From positions 1-55,822 of IMG/VR virus record IMGVR_UViG_3300047095_000877: DNA of 55,822 bases; one strand, given 5' to 3'. A program made the translations under genes and the position numbers. The notes under the pieces were generated by a model. That model ran no database searches, was not told the origin of the DNA, and saw only the letters and a program-made list of their open reading frames with translations. This stretch comes from a virus (taxonomy: Duplodnaviria; Caudoviricetes). Positions 46,748-55,718 of the stretch are shown piece after piece. Position 1 is the first letter of the stretch. Each line of letters starts with the position of its first letter.

Positions 46748-46924
46748 TCAGTCGCGATCGCTGATCAGCCAATGGTCAGGCGATGGGGCGACATCGTGCC
46801 CAGCGGCCACGCGGGCCGCGTACGCGGCGAGAATCGCGGCGAGCTGATCGGCCGTGGCCGGATCGGACGCGGCAACCCAGCCGCCGGCGACGCGGCGCAA
46901 GGGCGGGCGATCGGGGCGGGTCAT
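46748..46924 (-). CDS. 58-aa hypothetical protein
   Basis: ATGA-coupled to upstream ORF; translated by hand. Confidence 0.5.
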   Translation of the reverse strand: MTRPDRPPLRRVAGGWVAASDPATADQLAAILAAYAARVAAGHDVAPSPDHWLISDRD

Positions 46925-47199
46925 TCAGCGGCCACGGGGTACGCGTACCGGGCGCCCGCATCAAGCGAGAGGGCGGGGCCGGCCACGGCCCACGTGACGC
47001 CCATTGCGCGGTTTGCCTTGGCCACTACGGCGGCGGCGGCCTGATCGGGGCCGTCCGCGTACGGAACGGCGGCGCGGAATCGATGGCCGGGGCCGCCGCG
47101 GTCGATCGTGGCCGCCCATTGGCTGCCGCGGCGATCAGTGGCCGGGCGGTAGCTCACCACGGCGGCGGGCACGTATCGGGCGGGATGATCCTGAGGCAT
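46921..47199 (-). CDS. Hypothetical protein
   Basis: V.Y.PATD.RGSQW.A motif; CGCACCT leader. Confidence 0.75.
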   Translation of the reverse strand: MPQDHPARYVPAAVVSYRPATDRRGSQWAATIDRGGPGHRFRAAVPYADGPDQAAAAVVAKANRAMGVTWAVAGPALSLDAGARYAYPVAAE

Positions 47200-47231
47200 G
47201 GTGCTAGGTGCGATGGGATAGGACGCGGCGA

Positions 47232-47405
47232 TCAACGCCGGTAGCAGTGCTCAGTGGTGATACGGGCGAGGCGCGCCTCGTCTCGGCATGCCTGCAGGGC
47301 GAGGGCATCATTGATGCCTACGGTCGTAACGACAGCGAGGGCACAGGATCCGAACGCCAGACCGGCGGCGAGGGCGGCGGCGGCGGCGCGGTTCAGAAGA
47401 GACAT
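47232..47405 (-). CDS. Small membrane/secreted protein
   Basis: Hydrophobic N-terminus; CGCACCT leader. Confidence 0.65.
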   Translation of the reverse strand: MSLLNRAAAAALAAGLAFGSCALAVVTTVGINDALALQACRDEARLARITTEHCYRR

Positions 47406-47500
47406 GGTGATAGGTGCGATGGGACGACCTTTCGGCCGTTGACGGAATTCTGCCGACGCGCCCGACCCCATCAGGGGGCGGGCGGCCGGTTCGCCGATTG

Positions 47501-47842
47501 TCACGCGGCGAGGGCGGCGATCAGATCGGCCCGGCGGCCGTACGTATACAGGCGACGCGGCAGACCGGCGGCGCGGGCGGCGGCGCGCAGTTCGGCCACG
47601 GTCTGACGGGCGGCGGGCGCGGCGGGCGCGGGCCGGTCGATTCGATCGGCGAGGGCGCGCAGGGCGGCGGCGGCGATCGGGGCCAGGTGAACGGCGAGGG
47701 CGTGGGTCACCGCGGCCACGGTCAGGGCGAGGGCGAGGGCGCGGGCGGCGGCCGCTTGCCAGTCGATCGCGCTAAGGGCGGCGATCGCATCATCAATGGG
47801 AGGGAAGGCGGGCGCCTGGGCGCGGGCAATTGCAAGGGTCAT
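47501..47842 (-). CDS. Membrane protein with C-terminal Rho-N/SAP-like helix-extension-helix
   Basis: TVAELRAAARAAGL.....RRADLIAAL; CGCACCT leader. Confidence 0.7.
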   Translation of the reverse strand: MTLAIARAQAPAFPPIDDAIAALSAIDWQAAAARALALALTVAAVTHALAVHLAPIAAAALRALADRIDRPAPAAPAARQTVAELRAAARAAGLPRRLYTYGRRADLIAALAA

Positions 47843-48160
47843 GAGACTAGGTGCGATGGGAAACGCGGTTCGCGTTCGATATCCATGATGCCGACGGGTC
47901 GGCCCGGATCCCATAGCGTGGGGCCGGTTCGCGGATTGGCCTAGTTGCCATCGGCGCGGCGCCCCTTGCGACCGTGCCAGAGCACCTAGGTAACGGGCCG
48001 GCCTGGCCGCCCCATATATAAGGTCAGCGCCGATCGAACCGCGGCGCACCGGACGCGGCACCCGTCAGCTGATCACACAACGACATCGTTATAGTGTTTT
48101 GCCGTTATAGCGGCTGATCTTATAACGGCATCGTTATACTGTTTTGCTGTTGGCTGATCG

Positions 48161-48395
48161 TGAGAATCATTATCGTTCTCGGTCAACCGTGAGAATGATT
48201 CTCATTCCTGGTCGGCCGTGAGAATGATTCTCATTCCGCTGCAATTGAGAATCAGTCGCAACTAGGCCCGTGAGAACGATTCTCATTCCCACTAGGTAGG
48301 TGATATTGAGAATCATTCTCAAGTCAGGATCTGCTGACATCGCCCTATTGAGAATGATTCTCATTATCGGCAGGCGGTATTGAGAATGAGTCGCA
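48161..48395. repeat. Right array of Fur-box-like palindromes, inverted relative to left array
   Basis: Copies at 48161, 48190, 48219, 48246, 48271, 48307, 48349, 48381 (TGAGAATnATTCTCA or degenerate). Confidence 0.9.
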
Positions 48396-48616
48396 ATTGC
48401 AGTCAAAACACGAAAACAGGAGGGTCAAAAAACACCCCTTATAAACCGTCGATGCCCGAGTCCCTAATTTTTTTGAACGGCCAGGAGCTTTAGAAAACAC
48501 CCCTATTAAGCCTCGAATGCGCAGGTCCCTAAATTTTTCGATGGCCTGCGGTAGGATTTTTGTGCCCCGGCGAGCCGCAAACTCCCGAGGCGTGATCAAC
48601 CCGCAAACCCAGGCTG

Positions 48617-49123
48617 ATGGCAAAGAGTTTACCGCCCCTCGCGGAGCTGAGGGAGTGGCTGCGTTACGAAGTGGAAACTGGCGAGTTCTTCTGGTTGAAG
48701 TGTTCAGGCAAGAAAATGCAACCAGGCAAAAAAGCCGGCTGGGTTACGCGCTTTGGATATGTGAACATCACCTTGAATAACCAAAGAATGCAAGCCCACC
48801 GCTTGGCTTGGTTGTTTGTGTATGGAGAGGATCCCGGCGAAAAGATGATCGACCACATCAACGGCGATCCCGCCGACAACAGGATCTGCAACCTAAGACT
48901 TGCTAAGTCTGTCGACAACGCTCGCAACAGGCGCAAATTAGAGGGGGCCACCTCCTCCTACAAGGGCGTGAGCTGGTACAAGCGCAAGCGTAAATGGGTT
49001 GCCCAGATCGGTATCGACGGCAGATCTACCCATCTGGGCTACTTCCACGACGAGCTGGCCGCTCACATGGCCTACTGCGAGGCGGCGCAGAAGTATTTTG
49101 GTGAATTTGCGAACTTCGGATAG
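48617..49123 (+). CDS. HNH-AP2 homing endonuclease
   Basis: AHRLAW..IDHINGD..DNRI.NLR; SSYKGVSW..W.A.I..HLG.F..AY AP2 domain. Confidence 0.95.
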   Translation: MAKSLPPLAELREWLRYEVETGEFFWLKCSGKKMQPGKKAGWVTRFGYVNITLNNQRMQAHRLAWLFVYGEDPGEKMIDHINGDPADNRICNLRLAKSVDNARNRRKLEGATSSYKGVSWYKRKRKWVAQIGIDGRSTHLGYFHDELAAHMAYCEAAQKYFGEFANFG

Positions 49124-49144
49124 GTCGAGGGGACTCAAAGCCAC

Positions 49145-49171
49145 AAAAAACGGCCTGTCGGAAGGCAGGCC
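49145..49171 (-). terminator. Intrinsic terminator
   Basis: Minus strand CGGCCTG-CCTTCCGA-CAGGCCG-TTTTTT. Confidence 0.8.
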
Positions 49172-49200
49172 GCCCGTCGTCCGTCTGATCCGCACGCAGC

Positions 49201-49629
49201 TTAGCGGGCTGGTGTCAGGTAGCAATCCAGCGCAATGCGGATCGCGTCCATCAGCTCCACCTCCGGGTGGCGGGTGCGCAGGACCATTGCAGCTGCATCG
49301 CGCATAGCCAGCCGCTCCTCAAAGCTGAAGTCGTTGCTCAGTGCCAGCTCGACCGCGATGTCTTGGCACAGCTCACGGGCTCCGCCTTCTCCGGTCATGG
49401 CGCCCAACACCAGCGCCATCACATAGCTCTCAACCGCCGTCATTGCGCTGCCCTCGCTTCGATCAGCACTGACTGCAGCCACTCGGGCTCGCTGAATGCT
49501 TCGATCAGCTCGAGGTCGGTGTCGGCATCGAAGAACTGATCGCGGATCTGCTCCAACGTGCGGCCGCGATCGAGCTGGTTGCTGACAAGGCCATGCAGGG
49601 CAACAGCGACCTTGGGGTCGGTGGTCATG
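49201..49629 (-). other. Two small hypothetical ORFs (49201-49443, 49440-49629)
   Basis: ATGA-coupled ORFs. Confidence 0.6.
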
Positions 49630-49700
49630 GGTAATGCGTCGAATGCCCCACCACCGTACCCCACGCATGCCCGCCTGATGCCCACCGCCGTCACAAACCG

Positions 49701-50457
49701 TTACACGTTCGGCCTGCCCATCACCTCGCGGAACACCTCGTCGAACACCTGCGGTAGCTTCCGCTGAGCGCTCTTCTGCGCGATGCCGTAGAAATCCCAC
49801 TTCTTCTGCACCCGTGGCGTCCGCCGCAACTGCTTGAACAGCATGACCAGATCCGACCCCTGCACCCGGTAGATGCCCGGCGCCAGCGGTCTGTTGCTGT
49901 TGCGCCCGAACACCGTCTGCCCCGGCCGGATGTAGGTGTAAGTGCCGAGTGTTTTGTAGTCGAACTTGCCATACCGCCCCGAGCCACGAATATCTTCCAT
50001 CGCCCGAATTCCATACAGCGCTGCGGTGTACTGACCCGCAATGATCCGACCGCTCGGCCCCAGCTGCGCAGCTTCACTGCCGTGCAGCGGAAGCATATAA
50101 CCAGACCCCAGCCCGACCTGACGTTCAAGCCGCCGCTGAAATCGTGTTCGATATACCGGACCACCGAAGATTTGCGGCCGTAGGTAATCAGCAGCTGCGT
50201 TGCCTTTCGAGCCGAATTCCTTGATGCCAACGTCGGCGTAAAGCCTCTGCTTGGTGCTGACGCGGATGAACAGCGAGTTCTGCGTGTACGGCGTCAGGTA
50301 GGTGAACGTCCCACGCATCGAGCCGCGCAGTGAGTCCCGGACGTGGGTGGCGGTGCGGTTGATCGCCAGCGACGACATGAACGGCAGCTGCACCTTGCCG
50401 AACACGTCCAGCGACCGCACGAGCTTGTTGCCGTCGAACTGGATCTCACCGGCCATG
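49701..50457 (-). CDS. Neck/tail-completion-like basic protein
   Basis: QLPF..SLAINRTA..F...TPYT.NS..YL.PQI.GG; separated from the structural operon. Confidence 0.65.
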
Positions 50458-50543
50458 ACGCCCTCGCAAAGAAAAAGCCCTCGGAGCCAGCACCATGCTG
50501 GCAGGTCCAAGGGCTCCCATCGCGCCGCAACACTAGCAGGCCG

Positions 50544-50756
50544 TCAAGAGCCGAAGCGGACATTGCGTGAATCGCTGCAGAACACCATCCGCTGCTCCCT
50601 GCCCAGCCAGATGGCCCCACGATCGCCCTTGAGGCCCTCCCAGGTGCCTGAGGCCCACTGAGAGCCCATGAAGACCTTGCAGGCCGTTCCGCGGGGCTTG
50701 GCGGGCCAGTTGGTAGGTGACGCAGCAAGACGATCAGGGTCGGATTGGCGGCTCAT
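50544..50756 (-). CDS. Hypothetical protein
   Basis: 70 aa ORF. Confidence 0.5.
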   Translation of the reverse strand: MSRQSDPDRLAASPTNWPAKPRGTACKVFMGSQWASGTWEGLKGDRGAIWLGREQRMVFCSDSRNVRFGS

Positions 50757-50784
50757 TTGGCTCTGGAAAGCAAAAACCTAGTCA

Positions 50785-51012
50785 TACCAAGGGGTTTGAG
50801 GCAACGGCGGACCCAAAAGGAGCCCAAACCCCTTGCAAACACTGGAATGAGCCAAAAATGGCGAAGTCCCTATACCAGCCCCTATATAGACCCCCCTTTT
50901 ACCCCCCTTATTCCTGACTTCTCTTGGATATGAGGTAATTAGGGTCCAAGTAGTAATAGCAAGGGGTTTGGGCTCCAAGAGGTTCCGGTTTGGGTCCGGA
51001 TTTGGGTCCGGA
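50785..51012. repeat. Iteron-like repeats, candidate replication origin
   Basis: AAGGGGTTTG x2 plus an inverted copy; TTTGGGTCCGGA tandem; non-coding, downstream of primase. Confidence 0.5.
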
Positions 51013-51043
51013 AATGGCTTGACTCCGCACTGCAGCAGGGTTC

Positions 51044-53479
51044 TCACCACTTCAGGCTGGGGGGCAAATCCAAGCCCATGAGCATTGCCCCACGGGTCTC
51101 GGTCTTCCGTTCGACCTTCAGTTCGGGGAAGACCGCCTGCAGTCGATGCGCCAGCAGCCGGATCGCCTTGACCGGTGGATCGCCGCTCGGGTCCACCAGC
51201 CACCGACCATTGCCGTCCTTGAAGCCCTCGGTCTCGTACCAGGAGCACAGCCGGGTCCATACCGTCAGCAGCGGCACCTGCGAGTCCTCCTTCCACGACA
51301 GACCCACGTCGTCGCAGAAGTCCCAAAGGTGACTGCCTTTGCGACGGACAGCACGCATGGCTTCCTTGCCGGTCTCGTAGTCGATGCCGTGCTCAACGGC
51401 CAGCTTGAGGCCCTCGAGCAGCCAGTTCAGGAACGGCGGGCAGATGTGCCGAGCGATGAACTGCGGGTCATCCTTGAGGCGCGGATCGGCCTGGACGTGA
51501 TGCGGCTTGGAGGGGTTGTTGACGAAGGTTTTCTTGAACTGAAAGACGTGAAAGCGCGTCTCGATAGCAGCCTGCTCACCAGTGAGGCTCGGCTCCTTAT
51601 TCAGGTTGAAGACGAAGAGACAAGAAGGCACGAAGTTCGATTCCTGCACGCCCTTAACTTCCCACGCCAGTTCTTCACCAGAGATGGCACCTTTAAGCGC
51701 CTGAAGACTATCGATGTGGACGAATTGACTGTTCTCCGATGACCAGTTGATCGAGGCATCACGAAGCGGCGCGAGCGGGAATTTGCGGCCTTGGTCGTAC
51801 TGCCTGAAATCGGCGAGTGTGCAGGAGGCGAAGTTGCGAGCACCAAGCGTGTCGCGCAGTGCGGTGCGGATGGTGTCTTTGCCGTTGGATCCGGAACCGA
51901 TCATGAGCATGGCGCGTGGGCGACCGCGGACAGCGCGGTAGCGGCGCAGGTCGAGCGATGAGCCGAGGATGCGCTGCATGGTGTCGAGATCGGTGCCCTC
52001 GACGGCGGCCAGGAGCTTGAACATGTGCTCCGGGTTGGCCTTGGTGTCGTAGTCGTAGTCGGTGACGTAGGTGAAGGGGAAGGAGGGGTCGTGCGGTGAG
52101 AAGTCGACGCGCAGCTGGTCGTCATCGTTCCAGTCCCAGGTGACGACACCATTGCGGCAGTTGATGGAGTTCTGCGGGTTAGCGGGTGTGTTGCCGAGGC
52201 GATGGCGGAACCAGGAGAGGACCTCGTTGACGAATTTGGGCTTGGCCCAGTGGTGAATGACCTCGGTTTTGTCGTGGTAGTAGAGGCGCGAAAGGTAGTC
52301 CGCGATCTGCGGGGTAAGTTCGTCGTCGGGTACGGCCTCGTAGTGGGTGTCGCGCCACTGGTGGAGGACACCGTCGACGCAGATCCAGCGGGTGTCGGTG
52401 AGCTGGAAAACCTCGTTGAGTGCGCCGGTGAGGTAGTCGGAATTCTTGGAGTCGAGGGGGATGCCACCTTCGGGTTCAGCGGCCCTGGTGGGCATGGCCT
52501 TGGTGACCGGCACCACGGCATCGACCTCTTCGCGCTCGATCCGTTGAGCTGGTGCAACGGGGACGGCAGTGGCATCGATGGTGCGCGCCCAACCGTGCTC
52601 CTTGGCCCAGTACCAGAAGCTGGCGGCCGTGACGTTTGCGCCACCGGAGCCAGCCACTTGCCGGATGCCGGTCCACTGCGGGGAGTGGGCCTCCATCATG
52701 GCGATGGCCATATCGGACGAACCGTTGGCCTCCTCGACAGCTGCGATCAGCCCCCAGAGGATGTTGCGGTACATCGGGTAGGTGCCACCACCGGGCACGC
52801 GGGGAGGGATCAGGCCGAGTGCTTGGCGGATCTCATCGACGGTGTGGGTTTTGTCGTAGCGGAACTGCCGTGCGCGTTGGAGGCGCTCGTAGACGTATTC
52901 GCTGGGCAGGCACTGCTCGATGTCGGCAGCGGCGTAGTAGTTCTCGCTGACGTGAACGACGGACGCCATGGCACCGGGTGTGCCGTCTGGGCCGATGTGG
53001 AATGTGCCCGGCAGCCGCATGACGCGGGAGGGGTTTTTCAGGGAGCGATCGGCGTCGGCGTGCTCGAGCAGGCGCTTCTGGATGACGGCCCAGTGCGCTG
53101 GGGTGATCGGGGCGGAGAGTACCCAGTAGTTGTGGATGGACTTGCCGCCGGTATCGACCTGGATGGTGGGCTCCGGCAGGCCGAGCTCCTTCCATGCGGT
53201 GATCTGCCAGCCCTTGGGACGATCGTCCCATTCGCAGAAGAATGCGCGGCAATGGGTGATCTCCTTGTCGGTGTCACCACCGTCGTTGATGACGGCATAG
53301 ATGCCGCGGCCTTCCTGCTGCCAGCGGATGATGTCTTCCTTGCTGGGTGGACCCTTGCGACCTTTGTCGTCGCCTTTCAGTGGGTGGCCGGATGGCAGAA
53401 AAGCCCGCAGGCGCAAGGTGCCGGGCGGTTTGTTGAGGGCGTTGAGGAACTGCCGGGTGGATTCAAAGTCGAAGTTCAT
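51044..53479 (-). CDS. RepB-type primase + PriCT-2 + D5-like SF3 helicase
   Basis: FCEWD, TGGKSIH.YW, NPSRVMRLPG; IN.RNG; GSGSNGKDT Walker A. Confidence 0.92.
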   Translation of the reverse strand: MNFDFESTRQFLNALNKPPGTLRLRAFLPSGHPLKGDDKGRKGPPSKEDIIRWQQEGRGIYAVINDGGDTDKEITHCRAFFCEWDDRPKGWQITAWKELGLPEPTIQVDTGGKSIHNYWVLSAPITPAHWAVIQKRLLEHADADRSLKNPSRVMRLPGTFHIGPDGTPGAMASVVHVSENYYAAADIEQCLPSEYVYERLQRARQFRYDKTHTVDEIRQALGLIPPRVPGGGTYPMYRNILWGLIAAVEEANGSSDMAIAMMEAHSPQWTGIRQVAGSGGANVTAASFWYWAKEHGWARTIDATAVPVAPAQRIEREEVDAVVPVTKAMPTRAAEPEGGIPLDSKNSDYLTGALNEVFQLTDTRWICVDGVLHQWRDTHYEAVPDDELTPQIADYLSRLYYHDKTEVIHHWAKPKFVNEVLSWFRHRLGNTPANPQNSINCRNGVVTWDWNDDDQLRVDFSPHDPSFPFTYVTDYDYDTKANPEHMFKLLAAVEGTDLDTMQRILGSSLDLRRYRAVRGRPRAMLMIGSGSNGKDTIRTALRDTLGARNFASCTLADFRQYDQGRKFPLAPLRDASINWSSENSQFVHIDSLQALKGAISGEELAWEVKGVQESNFVPSCLFVFNLNKEPSLTGEQAAIETRFHVFQFKKTFVNNPSKPHHVQADPRLKDDPQFIARHICPPFLNWLLEGLKLAVEHGIDYETGKEAMRAVRRKGSHLWDFCDDVGLSWKEDSQVPLLTVWTRLCSWYETEGFKDGNGRWLVDPSGDPPVKAIRLLAHRLQAVFPELKVERKTETRGAMLMGLDLPPSLKW

Positions 53480-53634
53480 TTGGTGTCGTCGGCAGTGTCG
53501 CGGGCAATGGCCTCATCAAGGACATCGCGAAGCACGTCTGCGAGGGAGCGCAGCGGAGTAACGCGGGAGTTGAGCCACTCCTTTTGGTCAGGTCGCACAA
53601 GGGCGACGAGACGTTGATTGCGGGGCTTGGTCAC
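53476..53634 (-). CDS. Small ribbon-helix-helix-like protein
   Basis: RLVALVRPDQKEWL...SLADVLRDVLDEAI; translated by hand. Confidence 0.55.
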   Translation of the reverse strand: MTKPRNQRLVALVRPDQKEWLNSRVTPLRSLADVLRDVLDEAIARDTADDTK

Positions 53635-53730
53635 GGGGCCTCAATGATGACTTTGTCGAGAAAGGGTTGCATTGTCACAGTCTTGTCACTGTGTGTGTCC
53701 GGCTGAAGCATAGCGGCGACTGTCAACCCC

Positions 53731-54087
53731 TCAGTCGTTGAGCATCCGCTGCGCCTCCGCCGCCGACCTGACGATCGCGGCGATACCACCAGCCCGGCGG
53801 ATGTGATCGATGAAATGCCGCTGCGCTGGTGTCGCCCGGCCTGTCGCTGTCTTGACTTCGATGGCGGTAAAGACAGCAACGGTGCTGCCGACCATGTCGG
53901 GCGTGATGGTGACGGACCGGTAGCCGATGAGATCGGATCCACCGGGTGAGGCGACACCGAACTGGACCCAGCGGCCGGTGCGTGGGTCTGGGAGCTTGCC
54001 GGAGTTGTTGCGCCAGAGGCGGATGTGGGGCAGCTGGCCGATGGACAGCCTGATCCGCTGTTGCAGATCGGTTTCAGCATTGCTCAC
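53731..54087 (-). CDS. VRR-NUC nuclease
   Basis: ETDLQ..GGSDLIG..AIEVKT..GR....Q..F. Confidence 0.9.
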   Translation of the reverse strand: MSNAETDLQQRIRLSIGQLPHIRLWRNNSGKLPDPRTGRWVQFGVASPGGSDLIGYRSVTITPDMVGSTVAVFTAIEVKTATGRATPAQRHFIDHIRRAGGIAAIVRSAAEAQRMLND

Positions 54088-54111
54088 GGCGCCTTGCAAT
54101 CGCTCGCACCA

Positions 54112-54351
54112 TCATGTCCGGCGCATGAAGTATTTGCAGGCCATCGCACTGGCCGGGATCGGCTTGAGCCACTTGCCGGACATGGCCTTGGCCTTGGAGC
54201 AGCAGAACCGCTTGATCTGAACGTAGGGGCGAGGGACGAAGTAGAGGCAGTCGCCGCAGTTGGCGCCGATGGATGGATCGGCGAAGTGCGCCTGCCCGGG
54301 CACCGTCAGGCTTTGCTCCCAGTTGTCGGTGAGCGATGGATCTCCGATCAT
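54112..54351 (-). CDS. Cys-rich hypothetical protein
   Basis: CGDC..C..ACKYF. Confidence 0.6.
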   Translation of the reverse strand: MIGDPSLTDNWEQSLTVPGQAHFADPSIGANCGDCLYFVPRPYVQIKRFCCSKAKAMSGKWLKPIPASAMACKYFMRRT

Positions 54352-55718
54352 GCAGCCCTCTTCCGTTGCCGGGCCGCAAGGACGTGCTTCGCCCACCCGT
54401 GGGGTGATCGCATTCCGCGCTTGCGGCCGATTTCAATCAGTTGCTCGAGTGTTTGCGCTGCAGCCTGCTCGCGATTGCGCTCACGGCGTATAGCTGCTTC
54501 ATCCACCTCAACGAGCTCGCCAGCCAGTTGTTGAGGGCCTTGCGGCACTGTCTCCCGAACATAAACGTGGCCACAGCAGGGGCAAACAGGAGCTGGAGCA
54601 TGGCAGGCAAAACACTGCGGGCATTCTCGAACTGCAGGTGCATCAGCTGAGCCCTTACGTTTTGGTTTCGCATCAAGCGTCCACTCGCGCTCCTCCTGTG
54701 GCATGCCATGCGTGAAGACGCAGCCGGCATGGTCGAGCACCACCAGATCGGGCCAGTCGTCGCAAATCCGCAGGCCGCGGCCGACTGCTTGCAGGTAATA
54801 GGTGAGGGACTTGGTGGGGCGCAGGAGGATGATGCAGCCGATGTTCGGGCAATCGACACCTGCTACCCACAACTGAGCATTGCAGACCACGTCGATGTCG
54901 CCGGAGCGCAAGCCGTTCAGCGCTTGGTCGCGCTCTTCCTTGGTGGACCCGCCTGAGATTGCGACGGCGCGATACCCAGCGCTTGTGAAGGCGTTAGCTG
55001 TGTGCTCAGCATGAGCGACGTTGACGCAGAAGGCGACTGCTGGGCGACGGTCGGCGTGTTTTCGGTAGTGAGCAACTGCGTCTCCGATGATGGAAGGCTT
55101 GTCGACCGCAGCGGCCAACTCATCTTGAGCGTAGTCACCAGCGCGGGTGTGAACACCGGTAAGGTCGGGCCGTGTTGGTGCGTAGTAGCGAATGGGCGCG
55201 AGCAGACCCTCGGCGATGAGGTCACCGGTGGAGCAGGTGGGCACCAGCACGTCGAACATCTCCGCGAGGCCACGCCCGTCCAATCGAATCGGTGAACCCG
55301 AAAGTCCTAGGAGCGGCGGGTTGCCGGCAGCCTCGACGACCTTCTTGTAGGTCTCGGCGACGGCCAGGTGGCATTCATCGATGATGATCAAGCCAGGCTT
55401 GTGCTCCAGCTGGCGCCGCACGGCCGTCTGCACTGAAACCACCTGCACCGGCTTCCAGGGTTGCTCCTTGCAACCGGCCATGATGAGGCCGTGTGGAATG
55501 CCAGCTAGGCGCAGGCGCTTGGACGTGTCGTCGAGGATCTCGCGCAGGTGAGCAAGAAACCAGACATCCCGCCCGCGATCGATGGCTGACTGAATAATGG
55601 CGGCTGCTGTGAAAGTCTTGCCTGCGCCGGTGGGAGCGCACAACAAGACACGCCTGTACCCTGCTGCGTAGGCCGCTCTGATGTCTGCAATGGCTTTCTG
55701 TTGACGGGGTCTAAGCAT
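54348..55718 (-). CDS. SF2 DEAD/DEAH helicase with Zn finger
   Basis: PTGAGKT, DECH, SGSP.RLDG, Q.VGRGLR, CPQC..CPCC. Confidence 0.95.
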   Translation of the reverse strand: MLRPRQQKAIADIRAAYAAGYRRVLLCAPTGAGKTFTAAAIIQSAIDRGRDVWFLAHLREILDDTSKRLRLAGIPHGLIMAGCKEQPWKPVQVVSVQTAVRRQLEHKPGLIIIDECHLAVAETYKKVVEAAGNPPLLGLSGSPIRLDGRGLAEMFDVLVPTCSTGDLIAEGLLAPIRYYAPTRPDLTGVHTRAGDYAQDELAAAVDKPSIIGDAVAHYRKHADRRPAVAFCVNVAHAEHTANAFTSAGYRAVAISGGSTKEERDQALNGLRSGDIDVVCNAQLWVAGVDCPNIGCIILLRPTKSLTYYLQAVGRGLRICDDWPDLVVLDHAGCVFTHGMPQEEREWTLDAKPKRKGSADAPAVRECPQCFACHAPAPVCPCCGHVYVRETVPQGPQQLAGELVEVDEAAIRRERNREQAAAQTLEQLIEIGRKRGMRSPHGWAKHVLAARQRKRAA

